Below are positions 22,956-32,002 of a DNA stretch of 64,000 bases, piece by piece; the first letter of the stretch is position 1, and each line of letters opens with the position of its first letter. Origin of the DNA: an uncultured Verrucomicrobiota bacterium (GTDB lineage Bacteria; Verrucomicrobiota; Kiritimatiellia; CAJWTS01). Both the position numbers and the translations under genes were made by a program. Location: positions 4,060-68,059 of the forward strand of contig CAJWTS010000013.1 in assembly GCA_913047795.1 (NCBI GenBank), read 5' to 3'. The notes beneath the pieces are model-generated. The model ran no database searches. It was not told where the DNA came from and worked only from the letters and a program-made list of their open reading frames with translations.

Positions 22956-23846
22956 ATGAAGACAACGACCCCTATTCAACTCATACTCATCGTCGCGATG
23001 GCAACGCTCGCGCTACCCGCGTTAGCAGCAGAGGACGTACCGGAGGAGGCCGTCCGTGAGCACCGATGGCCGCGCTGGCTGCACCACCGTCGCGCAACGG
23101 AACAGGACGTGACGCGCACCGTCGACCGCACGGAAGACGGACGTGAATGGACAACCGATGCCACGCTAACCGGGCCGGGCGGCGCAACGGCAACCATGCA
23201 CGCCGACGGCACCGCTACACACACGGAGGATGGCGCGCAATGGACAGTCGACCGCGATGGAACCCGGCACGGAGGCCAGACCTGGACATCGACCACCACC
23301 GGCGAAGGAACCCGTACCGAGGACGGACGCGAATGGAGTTCGACAACCGAGGGAAGTTCGGAGTCCGGCAAGTCCTGGTCCACGGATCAATCCGGCAGCG
23401 CAACGATCAATGATGATGGATCGCGGACGATTTCTACCGACTTCGAAAAAACGATCGGCAACGGAGAGACCATCAGCGGCTCGAAGGAGACCACGGTGAC
23501 GAAGACCGATGATGGACGCGAGTGGGAAACCACGGGCTCGCGCACCGGGCCACACGGCACCGCGACCTACACCGCCGACGGCACCGCCACGCGAACCACC
23601 GACGGCACCAAGGCCACGGTGGACCGTTCCGGCACAACGGCGGACGGACGCGAATGGTCGGCCACAACCCGAAGCCGCGCAACGGCCACCGAAGACGGGC
23701 GCGTGCGCCGATCCGTCACGCGGGGAACCACCGCGGGCGGAACGCGTGTCGGCACGGGAACCCGTTCGAAGACAACGCGTGACGGCGGCACGTCGAGCAA
23801 AAAGTCGCAACGTACCAGACGGGTACGTCGCAACGCCTCGTCATAG
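22956..23846 (+). CDS. Secreted Thr/Gly-rich beta-hairpin repeat protein (TxDGREW repeats)
   Basis: RBS aaagga, signal peptide (ALA/A), repeated TEDGREW/TDDGREW/TADGREW. Confidence 0.8.
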   Translation: MKTTTPIQLILIVAMATLALPALAAEDVPEEAVREHRWPRWLHHRRATEQDVTRTVDRTEDGREWTTDATLTGPGGATATMHADGTATHTEDGAQWTVDRDGTRHGGQTWTSTTTGEGTRTEDGREWSSTTEGSSESGKSWSTDQSGSATINDDGSRTISTDFEKTIGNGETISGSKETTVTKTDDGREWETTGSRTGPHGTATYTADGTATRTTDGTKATVDRSGTTADGREWSATTRSRATATEDGRVRRSVTRGTTAGGTRVGTGTRSKTTRDGGTSSKKSQRTRRVRRNASS

Positions 23847-23870
23847 ATCAACCATCATACTCGATCGCAG

Positions 23871-23910
23871 CGCTGCCGGTCATCGCCACCGGCGGCGCGT
23901 GTTTTCTTTC
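23871..23910 (+). terminator. Probable terminator
   Basis: cgctgccggt-7 nt loop-accggcggcg followed by gttttcttt. Confidence 0.55.
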
Positions 23911-23925
23911 CTCATCGCCACGCTC

Positions 23926-23941
23926 TGGCACGGATTATGCT
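23926..23941 (+). promoter_or_regulatory. Sigma-54 (RpoN) -24/-12 promoter
   Basis: TGGCACGgattaTGCT, with exact GG-N10-GC spacing, ~90 bp upstream of ATG 24030. Confidence 0.7.
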
Positions 23942-24029
23942 ATCTTAGTTTCGACAAACGCATCGGCTCTGAACGAATATCAGCCCTTGTGTTCTGATAC
24001 GGATTGCCCGACAAATAGGAGAGACAGAC

Positions 24030-24656
24030 ATGCAAGCCTTCAAAATACAGAATTCGGAATCCCGGGCACGATTGTGGCCGGTGCTTTTTGCCGCCGCCGG
24101 TATCGTGGTCAGCCTTCTGATCGTATCCTGCGAGAGCGGCGGAAGCGATCGCAGTGGTCGATCGACGATCTCGGGCACGGTTGAGACCTTCACCGGGGGC
24201 AGTGCCTCGTTTCGCGCGATGCCGAACCCGTCACGCAATCTTGTGGCGTTGATCATGGACGTTATCGTGCCCAGCACGCGGGCGGACGTGCCGGGCGTCG
24301 TTGTGACCGTGAGCGGTACGGATATTACGACCACGACAGATGCGAACGGCGATTTCGTCCTGACCGGCGTGCCGGACGGGGTTGTCGAGTTGCTCTTGTC
24401 CTTCGGCGGGCAGGTGGGGGTGCTCGAGGTGGATGTTCCACCGGATTCGACCGTTCGCCTGGAAGATGTTACCGTTTTGGACGGTGTCGTGTCGGTCGGC
24501 GACATCGAGATCGAAGAAAACGATGACGGCAGCAGCGATGACGGCAGCAGCGATGACGGCAGCAGCGATGACGACAGCAGCAGCGACGACGACTCTAGCG
24601 GCGACGACGACTCTAGCAGCGACGACGACGACGACTCTAGCAGCGACGACAGCTGA
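24030..24656 (+). CDS. Lipoprotein with carboxypeptidase-regulatory-like domain and Asp/Ser-rich tail
   Basis: RBS aggag, lipobox-like IVSC, TTTDANGDFVLTGVP, C-terminal (DDGSS)n/(DDDSS)n. Confidence 0.8.
   Translation: MQAFKIQNSESRARLWPVLFAAAGIVVSLLIVSCESGGSDRSGRSTISGTVETFTGGSASFRAMPNPSRNLVALIMDVIVPSTRADVPGVVVTVSGTDITTTTDANGDFVLTGVPDGVVELLLSFGGQVGVLEVDVPPDSTVRLEDVTVLDGVVSVGDIEIEENDDGSSDDGSSDDGSSDDDSSSDDDSSGDDDSSSDDDDDSSSDDS
24522..24653 (+). repeat. 15-18 bp tandem repeats encoding the Asp/Ser tail
   Basis: gatgacggcagcagc x3, then gacgacgactctagc variants. Confidence 0.9.
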
Positions 24657-24717
24657 CGTCAGCGATCACCACGAATCTCAACGATCGCGATGCGGACCAC
24701 GCAAGCGAACGGCCTAG

Positions 24718-25554
24718 ATGTCGCGTGGCGAAATTCCAGATGGTGCGCCGGGAGCCGAGGCCACGCCGCTCCGATTCAGAATCGATGTTGAACGGACCGC
24801 CTGGATCGTCTTCTGGAGTTGTCTCGGCATTGAAGTGTTGATTGTGCTCCTGGATGCACTGATCTCATACGGGCGCATGGTGGAAGCAAACCCGGTCCGG
24901 CGCCTCTTCAATATCACGCGCGAAGACAGCATCGGGACGTTCTTCTCGGCGACTCAAACCCTGGTCGTGGGCGTCGTTGCATTGTTGATTTCGATCGTCC
25001 AGAGACGTGCCGGCGCATCGCGCTGGCAGGTTATCGGCTGGACGGTGCTTGCCGTGTTCTTCATCTACCTGGCTGCCGATGACGGCGCCAAGATACACGA
25101 GCGCCTGGGATCGACGTTCAAGCACAGCCAGCAGAATGAGGATGGCAATTTTCGGTCCGACACCGTAGGTGGTAAACTTCTGACGAAGTGGCCGAGCTAC
25201 AGCTGGCAGATCGTCTTCATGCCCGTTTTCGGGGCGATGGGCATATTCATACTCGTGTTCCTCTGGAGAGAATTTCCACGAGACTGGGATCGGCTGTGGG
25301 TGTTAACGGCGTTAGCCTGTCTGGCCGCGGCGGTGGGACTGGATTTTGTGGAAGGTGTCGATGGTGCATACGAACCCATCATGAAATGGCTGAAGGAGAG
25401 CGAGCACACGATCGGCCATTTCTCGAAATCCATCGAGGAATTCACCGAGATGTTCGGGTTCACCCTTTTCCTCGTGGTGTTTATTCGGCGGTTGGGCCGC
25501 GGAAATCGAACGATCACGATGCAAATGGTGACGGACCCCCCGGATTCGGAGTAG
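24718..25554 (+). CDS. Polytopic membrane hypothetical protein
   Basis: About 6 hydrophobic segments, with DDGAKIHE and IEEFTEMFG motifs. Confidence 0.75.
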   Translation: MSRGEIPDGAPGAEATPLRFRIDVERTAWIVFWSCLGIEVLIVLLDALISYGRMVEANPVRRLFNITREDSIGTFFSATQTLVVGVVALLISIVQRRAGASRWQVIGWTVLAVFFIYLAADDGAKIHERLGSTFKHSQQNEDGNFRSDTVGGKLLTKWPSYSWQIVFMPVFGAMGIFILVFLWREFPRDWDRLWVLTALACLAAAVGLDFVEGVDGAYEPIMKWLKESEHTIGHFSKSIEEFTEMFGFTLFLVVFIRRLGRGNRTITMQMVTDPPDSE

Positions 25555-25563
25555 TCTAAGGCC

Positions 25564-26157
25564 ATGCGTCTTGACCGTCTCATTCTGAGATTTGGCGTCT
25601 GCATGGCGGCTGCGATTCTCGCAGTCGCCGGCGGTCGCGCCGCCGTTGCGGCGCAGAATCATCATCGCGGCATCCAGGGGCGCCCGGCACCGGAACTGGC
25701 CGTCGACTACTGGATCGGCACAGACGGCAAGCAAACGGACCCGGTACGCATCAAGGATTATCGGGGCAAGATGATCTACCTTTACTGCTTCCAGGCTTGG
25801 TGCCCGGGCTGTCACTCGCGCGGTTTTCCGACCCTGGTCAAGATCTCGCGGAGCTTCGAGAAGGACGATCGTATCGTCTTTCTGGCCGTGCAGACCGTTT
25901 TTGAAGGCCACGCAACGAATACCAAGGGCAAGCTGGCCGCGATCCAGAAACAATATGGACTGAAGCTGCCCTTCGGTCACGACGCCGGATCCGAGGCCTC
26001 ACGCGGCGTCCCGACAACCATGGCAAACTACCGTACGGGCGGCACGCCGTGGGTTATCCTGATCGATCAGGATGGCAAGGTAATCTACAACGACTTTCAC
26101 ATCGATGCCGATAAGGCACCGTCGGTCATCCGCGAATTGCTCGCCAAAGAACGCTAG
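25564..26157 (+). CDS. TlpA/redoxin family thiol-disulfide oxidoreductase
   Basis: FQAWCPGC, GTPWVILIDQDG, signal peptide. Confidence 0.85.
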   Translation: MRLDRLILRFGVCMAAAILAVAGGRAAVAAQNHHRGIQGRPAPELAVDYWIGTDGKQTDPVRIKDYRGKMIYLYCFQAWCPGCHSRGFPTLVKISRSFEKDDRIVFLAVQTVFEGHATNTKGKLAAIQKQYGLKLPFGHDAGSEASRGVPTTMANYRTGGTPWVILIDQDGKVIYNDFHIDADKAPSVIRELLAKER

Positions 26158-27032
26158 CCGACTCGCCGCCGGAACAACCCCGTGGACCAGTCGCCCAGTT
26201 GCACGCAATCCGCCTGCGCAAAACCCTGGCTTTCGTATGCCGCGCTTACCATCTCGAACTGTTCGTTCAGAATCCCCGAGAGAATAAGCGTCCCGAGGGT
26301 GTCCGCCGTGGCCGCGACGCGACGCGCGGCGCGAATCAATACGCTTGAGAGAATGTTGGCGACCACCACGTCGTAGCGCGAGGGAAGCTCGAGCTCTAAA
26401 ACGTCCATCGTCGCGAACGAGCACCGCACACCATTGACGGACGCATTGCTCTCCGAGGCGCGCACGGCGTCCGGAAAATTGTCGATACCCGTAACATCGG
26501 AATAGCCGAGCCCTGCGGCCGCGATCGACAGGATCCCGGATCCACATCCAAGATCGAGTAGCCGCTGAGGCGGCCCCTCTTTTCGGATTCGGTCGATCAA
26601 CTGCAAACAAGCGCGCGTCGTTTCGTGCTGCCCCGTACCGAAGATCATGCCGGGGTCAAGTGTGACGAGAACATCTCCCGGTCCCGTTTCAACCGACTCC
26701 CACGACGGCCGGATCACGATTCGCGGGGAAACGCGCTCGGCGTGGAAATGCGCCTTCCACGACTCCGCCCAGTTCTCGTGATGAATCTCACAGATGCGGA
26801 CCGAATGTTGATCATCCGGGCAGACCGAAGCCAAGAAGTCGGTAAGGATTTTCGCATGCTCCCGCGCCTGCCGATGATCCTCCACGAAAACGTGAATATG
26901 ACCGGACTTGTCCGTGCCTTCGATCCAGGCCGAACCAATAGCTTCCGGCAGCGGCAGGCAGTCGAAGATCAGTTCCGCATCGGTAGCCGGCAAGTCGATT
27001 CGCACGGCGATGGATGGTGCTTCCTGGCTCAT
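26154..27032 (-). CDS. prmA: Ribosomal protein L11 methyltransferase
   Basis: WAESWK, DPGMIFGTGQHETT, LDLGCGSGILS, VANI, LSGIL. Confidence 0.9.
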   Translation of the reverse strand: MSQEAPSIAVRIDLPATDAELIFDCLPLPEAIGSAWIEGTDKSGHIHVFVEDHRQAREHAKILTDFLASVCPDDQHSVRICEIHHENWAESWKAHFHAERVSPRIVIRPSWESVETGPGDVLVTLDPGMIFGTGQHETTRACLQLIDRIRKEGPPQRLLDLGCGSGILSIAAAGLGYSDVTGIDNFPDAVRASESNASVNGVRCSFATMDVLELELPSRYDVVVANILSSVLIRAARRVAATADTLGTLILSGILNEQFEMVSAAYESQGFAQADCVQLGDWSTGLFRRRVG

Positions 27033-27089
27033 GGCGACTGGCCCGGGTTGCATTGCCCGGACAGCGCTCGTACACTACGCGAACCCGCT

Positions 27090-28271
27090 GTGACTGTGAA
27101 GCCCTTTCCCCTTATTGAAGACCCTGAGACTCGCCAGCGCGAGTTCCCGATAACAATCAACCGCATTTTCCTCGCCCACGCCGGCGTAGCCCCTCTCTGT
27201 GGCGCCGCCCGCCGGGCCATGCAGGGGTACATCGACCGCGGCGCTGAGGAGACCCAGGAGGACGATTGGGTCTGGGAACACATTCGCGCCACGCGCGGTC
27301 AAGCCGCGGGGTTGCTCGGTTGCGCCGCGGAAGAGATCTCGCTACTGGGTCCCACCTCGCTCGGCCTGAGCCTCGTCGCCAACGGTCTCGACTGGGAGGC
27401 GGGTGACGAAATCGTCTGTTATGCCGATGACTACCCGGCAAATGTCTATCCCTGGCTCAACCTGCGGAACCAGGGCGTACGCGTCACGTTATTGACACCC
27501 GAGCGCGCGGGGCACATCAATTGGGATCTCGTCGAGGCCGCCCTGACGTCCCGCACGCGTCTCGTTGCACTCGCGTCATGTCATTTCCTGAGCGGGTACC
27601 GCATCGATGTTCCGAATATCGGCAAGCAACTGCATGCGCGTGGTATATTGTTCTGTCTCGACGGCATACAGACGCTGGGGGCATTCCCCACGACCGTCGA
27701 GAATGTCGATTTCTTGAGTGCGGATGCGCACAAGTGGCTTCTCGGCCCCAACGGTTCCGGCATCCTGTACGTGGCGCGGGAACACCACGAAGCGCTGAAG
27801 CCGACTTTGCTCGGCGCGTGGAACGTGAGGTGTACGGATTTTCTGGCCCACGATGAGATCGAATTCGTTTCCGGTGGCCGGCGCTACGAACCGGGTACGC
27901 TCAACACCGTTGGGATTCTCGGAATGCAGGGCGCATTGGAGATGGTGCACGGCTTCGGCCTGCACGTCATCGGCGAACGCGTGTTGGCCCTGCGCGCGCG
28001 GTTGGCGAATTCACTGCGCGAACTGGGCTTTCGCATCTTCCCGATGGAAGACGAGGGAGACATGCCCGAACAAGCATGGTCCGGCATCCTGTCGGTTTAT
28101 CGCGACGGCCTGGACCTCAAGCCGCTGGTTGAAAACCTGACCAGCCACAACGTCATCGTCTCCATAAGGAAGGATCGTTCGGGCCGGGAACTGCTCCGCT
28201 TCTCGCCGCATTTCTACAACACGCCGGACGAGATCGACAGCACGGTCTTCCTCATCAAGCGCGGCGTCTAG
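27090..28271 (+). CDS. Aminotransferase class V PLP enzyme (cysteine desulfurase-like)
   Basis: FLAHAGVAP, DGIQTLG, ADAHKWLLGP, RYEPGT, RFSPHFYNT. Start (GTG 27090 or 27096) is uncertain. Confidence 0.85.
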   Translation: MTVKPFPLIEDPETRQREFPITINRIFLAHAGVAPLCGAARRAMQGYIDRGAEETQEDDWVWEHIRATRGQAAGLLGCAAEEISLLGPTSLGLSLVANGLDWEAGDEIVCYADDYPANVYPWLNLRNQGVRVTLLTPERAGHINWDLVEAALTSRTRLVALASCHFLSGYRIDVPNIGKQLHARGILFCLDGIQTLGAFPTTVENVDFLSADAHKWLLGPNGSGILYVAREHHEALKPTLLGAWNVRCTDFLAHDEIEFVSGGRRYEPGTLNTVGILGMQGALEMVHGFGLHVIGERVLALRARLANSLRELGFRIFPMEDEGDMPEQAWSGILSVYRDGLDLKPLVENLTSHNVIVSIRKDRSGRELLRFSPHFYNTPDEIDSTVFLIKRGV

Positions 28272-28450
28272 CCCGCGGCCGGGCTGGACCGGTCGCCCGG
28301 CCGCATTCGGCCACGTCCATTGCGCTGATGTGAACGCCGATTATCATTTGCAAACGTTCTGTCAAGGCGCGGTGATGGCGAAGTGGAATGATGCCGATAC
28401 GCCGCTATTACGCCCGCACGCCGCGCGCTGGTACAGCGCTTGCTATTTAT

Positions 28451-28689
28451 GCGGGTGACCCTCGGCTGGTCTCGGACACGGGAACTCAGTTGAACGACAA
28501 ACGGGGATGGTTGGATGGGGACCATCACACCGGGCTGGCCGCTGGGTCCACCGATTTAGAACCGGAGGTACGACGTCAATCCACGGCATGGGTGCCAGGG
28601 GGAGACAGGGCACTGAACAGGGAAAACTTTGAAGTGGGTTGGGCGCTCTTGTTGCACTTGAAATAGGACCGTTAGACATACCTCCACCA
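28451..28689 (+). ncRNA. Candidate structured non-coding RNA of unknown family (two modules, 3' ACCA)
   Basis: Long stem 28454-28475 with 28530-28552. GGAGGTA 28564-28570 pairs with TACCTCC 28679-28685, followed by ACCA. Several internal hairpins have G-U pairs favouring the + strand. Terminator follows immediately. Confidence 0.6.
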
Positions 28690-28691
28690 AA

Positions 28692-28731
28692 GTCTGCGGG
28701 GCTGCGCATCGTGCGCCCCGTAGACGCTTTT
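28692..28731 (+). terminator. Intrinsic terminator
   Basis: gtctgcggggc...gccccgtagac 11-bp stem (one G-U) followed by gctttt. Confidence 0.75.
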
Positions 28732-28801
28732 CGAGAGTGCGCGCCCCAGGCCGGGCACCGCTTGATTGAGCAGATGCGACGTGTTATCCTCATCCGCACT
28801 A

Positions 28802-29857
28802 ATGGATCACCGCGAAAATCACAACGCTTCACCTCCGGCATCACCGAAACCCGGACTGGCCCAGCGGTTCGTGCGCGGTCTGATTCGAACGCTTCGCTCC
28901 TTCTGCATCATTCTCGGCGTTCTCTTCGTCTTGGGCCTGTTGGGGAGTATCCTTGCCGAGCGGTTATTGACGGGTTCATCGGCGCACGCTGATCGCGGTG
29001 TCGACGAATTTCCAGATATGCGGACGGTCTGGTCCTATGGCGAGGGCAATGTCGTCGTGGCTCGCATCGGCGTGCGTGGCCCGATTATTCGGGCCCAGAT
29101 GGGCGGCCTGTTCTCGCTCGCGCAAGACCCTGTTACGTCGGCATTGCGTATGATTCGCGCCGCCCAGAACGATCCGAGCATCAAGGCGATCATCCTCGAA
29201 ATCGACAGCCCGGGAGGCGGCATCACCGCCAGTGACGTGATCTACAAAGCGTTGATGGACTTTCGCGCCTCCGATTCGGACCGGCGCATTGTAGCGCTAT
29301 TTGAGGATGTCGCTGCCTCAGGCGGATACTACATTGCGACGGCAGCCAACCATATTGTTGCACACCCCACCACAATCACGGGATCGATCGGCGTGCTGAT
29401 CAGCTCGCTCAACCTCAAGGAATTCGGCGACAAATACGGAATTCGCGACACCACCATCAAGTCCGGGGCGAACAAGGACATGCTCAACCCCTGGGCGGAT
29501 CTCACCGACGAACAGCGCGAATTGCTGCAAGCCATGATTGACCAGATGCACACGCGTTTCGTGGATCTCGTGGCGCTCGGCCGCGGCCTCGAAGAGTCGA
29601 AAGTACGTGAGATCGCCGACGGCCGTATTCTCAGCGCGCAGGAAGCCCTGCGACACAAGTTGATCGACGAGATCGGGTACTGGAGCGATGCGATGGCCAG
29701 CGCCCGGAAACTGCTCGGTGCGGACGCGATCCGCGTGGTGCGATACGAACAGCGCTTCTCGCTGTCGTCATTTCTAAAAGGGTTTCAGCGCCTCCGGGTC
29801 GCGATCGACCCGCGTTTCTGGCCACGCTCGCGCATGATGTACATGTGGTCGCTCTAG
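28802..29857 (+). CDS. sppA: Signal peptide peptidase (S49)
   Basis: IDSPGGG, AASGGYY, TGSIGV, KSGANKD, ADGRI. Confidence 0.9.
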   Translation: MDHRENHNASPPASPKPGLAQRFVRGLIRTLRSFCIILGVLFVLGLLGSILAERLLTGSSAHADRGVDEFPDMRTVWSYGEGNVVVARIGVRGPIIRAQMGGLFSLAQDPVTSALRMIRAAQNDPSIKAIILEIDSPGGGITASDVIYKALMDFRASDSDRRIVALFEDVAASGGYYIATAANHIVAHPTTITGSIGVLISSLNLKEFGDKYGIRDTTIKSGANKDMLNPWADLTDEQRELLQAMIDQMHTRFVDLVALGRGLEESKVREIADGRILSAQEALRHKLIDEIGYWSDAMASARKLLGADAIRVVRYEQRFSLSSFLKGFQRLRVAIDPRFWPRSRMMYMWSL

Positions 29858-29896
29858 CCCATTTCGCGCTGACGGAATGGCGCGGGAAAAGCCGCG

Positions 29897-30580
29897 CTAC
29901 GTATCTTCGCCTACGAGGCAGACCTGCACGAACGCACGCAGATCTTCAAGTTCTCGCGTAGCGACCGAATGACCCAGTGCCGGGTAGACGTGGACCTGCG
30001 GGTTGACTCCGTGTGCCTCCAGGACTTCGCGCATTTCGCCGCAGTAGGCAAAGTCCACGACGTCATCCATCTGACCGTGCCCGATAAAGACCGGCAGGTC
30101 GGCGCGCTGGCGCGACAGGGGGAGAACTTCGCGCGCCTGGGGAAAATAGCTGCTGAGCACGAAAAGTCCTGCCAGGGCATGCCCGCACGTGAACCCCGCG
30201 TCCATGGCGATCAGGCCTCCCTGCGAGAACCCCCCGAGAATCAGGGGCACGTTGTCGAACCGCTTGCAAAGCGCGTCGATCATATCGTGCACCTGTTGTC
30301 GGCAGCGCAGGACCTTCTCCCGGCAACCGGCGACGAGTTCGTCGCGGTTCTTGTGCGAGCCCGGCACAAAGAATTCCTGCGGGATGGGGTACCAGGAGTA
30401 TCCGATGCCCATGTAGGGGTCGGGCGCATCGGGTAGCGCGTAGTGCACGTCCGGCATCCGCAAGGCGGTCGCAAGACCAATCATGCCGTGGTGAGAATCG
30501 CCCACGCCGTGCAGAATGATGCAGATCGCCTGCGGATCGCCTTGCGCGGGCAGTTCGTGAATGGAAAGTTGCGATGACAT
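29897..30580 (-). CDS. Phospholipase/carboxylesterase (alpha/beta hydrolase)
   Basis: LHGVGD, GFSQGG, HGQMDDVV, GHSV. Confidence 0.85.
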   Translation of the reverse strand: MSSQLSIHELPAQGDPQAICIILHGVGDSHHGMIGLATALRMPDVHYALPDAPDPYMGIGYSWYPIPQEFFVPGSHKNRDELVAGCREKVLRCRQQVHDMIDALCKRFDNVPLILGGFSQGGLIAMDAGFTCGHALAGLFVLSSYFPQAREVLPLSRQRADLPVFIGHGQMDDVVDFAYCGEMREVLEAHGVNPQVHVYPALGHSVATRELEDLRAFVQVCLVGEDT

Positions 30581-30699
30581 TTCCGAATGGAACCACGAAG
30601 GCCTTCGTGATTGCAAGGCTTGGCCGCAGTCCCGCTCGTCTGTCGACGTTGCACGAAGCCCTGCGCTGTGTTAAACGGGTCCACTATTCCGACGACTCG

Positions 30700-31095
30700 A
30701 TGACGACGTCACCCGATAAATTCACCTGTACGCGCTGCGGAAACTGTTGCCGCGGCACCGGCTATGTATACGTCAGCACGGATGAGGTCGATCGCATCGC
30801 CGCCCAGCTCGAGCTGCCGACGGACGATTTTTTGGAAACATACTGCGCGACGCATCGCGGACACCTCGTACTTAAGAGCCAGAAAAACCAGGACTGCATT
30901 TTTCTCGAGGACAACCTCTGCCGGGTACACGACGTCAAACCCGATCAATGCCGAAAATGGCCGTTTTGGAGGAGCGTGGTCGAAACATATTCCGGCTTCA
31001 GGCATGCCAAATCCTATTGCGAGGGCTTGAAGGAATTTGGGTACCGGGACTTTGTGCGCGTCGCAGAAGAAGAGGATGTTCATCCCGGCCACTGA
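30700..31095 (+). CDS. YkgJ-family cysteine-cluster (CxxCxxCC) protein
   Basis: CTRCGNCC, CIFL, CRVHDVKPDQCRKWPFW. Confidence 0.85.
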   Translation: MTTSPDKFTCTRCGNCCRGTGYVYVSTDEVDRIAAQLELPTDDFLETYCATHRGHLVLKSQKNQDCIFLEDNLCRVHDVKPDQCRKWPFWRSVVETYSGFRHAKSYCEGLKEFGYRDFVRVAEEEDVHPGH

Positions 31096-31108
31096 GTCGG
31101 CAGTCGCC

Positions 31109-32002
31109 ATGCTCCACGTTGGCAGAGGTCGTTCTTATGGCCCGATTCGCCATGCAGCCGAATGGTTGATGTATCACCTGTATCGCACCAACTGGGCCGC
31201 ACGACTCGCCTACACACTGGGGCAGCAACGTCGTATCGATGTGCGTCGCTACGACCTCGTTCTCGATTCCTATCCCCGCACCGCGCCTGCGCTGACCGTT
31301 GCGTTCGCAAGCGATTTTCACGCCGGGCCGGTGACGCATCCGGCCCTTCTTCGCAGCGCTTGTGACCGATTGATCGAAGCGCGGCCCGACGTCGTCCTCT
31401 ACGGTGGGGACTACGTGTTTCTTGAAGCGCGACACATGGACTCGCTTGCACCGTTACTGGGTTCCGTGCCGGCCCCACTCGGTCGCTACGCGATCATGGG
31501 CAACCATGATCTGTGGACCGCGGAGCACCAAATCATCGAACGCCTCGAGTCGAACAATATCCAGGTCCTCATGAACCGCGGCATCGCGCTGCCGGCCCCA
31601 TACGATGACATCAGCATCATCGGTCTCGACGATGGGCTGTCAGGTGACCCCGCACCGGAACCGGCTTTTGCCGAGGCCCGCCCCACACGGATCGTGATCA
31701 CGCATTCGCCTGCCACGCTCGACTGCCTGCGCGGGTATCGATTTGACCTGGCGTTCGGCGGCCATACACACGGCGGCCAGATTGCACTGCCCGGTGGCCA
31801 CCCGATCCTGCTCCCGATGGGCAGTCGCGGCCGCAAGCTCGGACGCGGTGCCCTGCACAGGGGAATCCACGATTCGGAGGGCGTGCTGATCGTCAGTCGC
31901 GGCGTGGGATACGTGGATATTCCGATCCGGCTTTTCGCCTGCCCCGATATTATCGTGTGCAGGTTGCGCGGGCCTTCCGATTCGCCGGCGAGCGCAGCGT
32001 GA
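31109..32002 (+). CDS. Metallophosphoesterase (YkuE-like)
   Basis: SDFH, GGDY, GNHD, THSP, GHTHGGQ, VSRGVG. Start could be 31076. Confidence 0.85.
   Translation: MLHVGRGRSYGPIRHAAEWLMYHLYRTNWAARLAYTLGQQRRIDVRRYDLVLDSYPRTAPALTVAFASDFHAGPVTHPALLRSACDRLIEARPDVVLYGGDYVFLEARHMDSLAPLLGSVPAPLGRYAIMGNHDLWTAEHQIIERLESNNIQVLMNRGIALPAPYDDISIIGLDDGLSGDPAPEPAFAEARPTRIVITHSPATLDCLRGYRFDLAFGGHTHGGQIALPGGHPILLPMGSRGRKLGRGALHRGIHDSEGVLIVSRGVGYVDIPIRLFACPDIIVCRLRGPSDSPASAA

Noticed and set aside
26625-27089. N-terminal extension of the aminotransferase overlapping prmA
   Set aside because: It is antisense to prmA; family similarity begins near 27090.
28388-28666. 92-aa ORF (and opposite-strand ORFs) over the structured element
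   Set aside because: No RBS, atypical codon usage and no recognisable motif; the base-pairing pattern explains the sequence better.
28564-28689. Canonical tRNA, tmRNA, RNase P, SRP or 6S RNA
   Set aside because: No T-loop or D-loop, no G3-U70 pair or tag frame, no P4 or SRP motifs, and the fold is not a single 6S-like rod. Kept as an unknown RNA.
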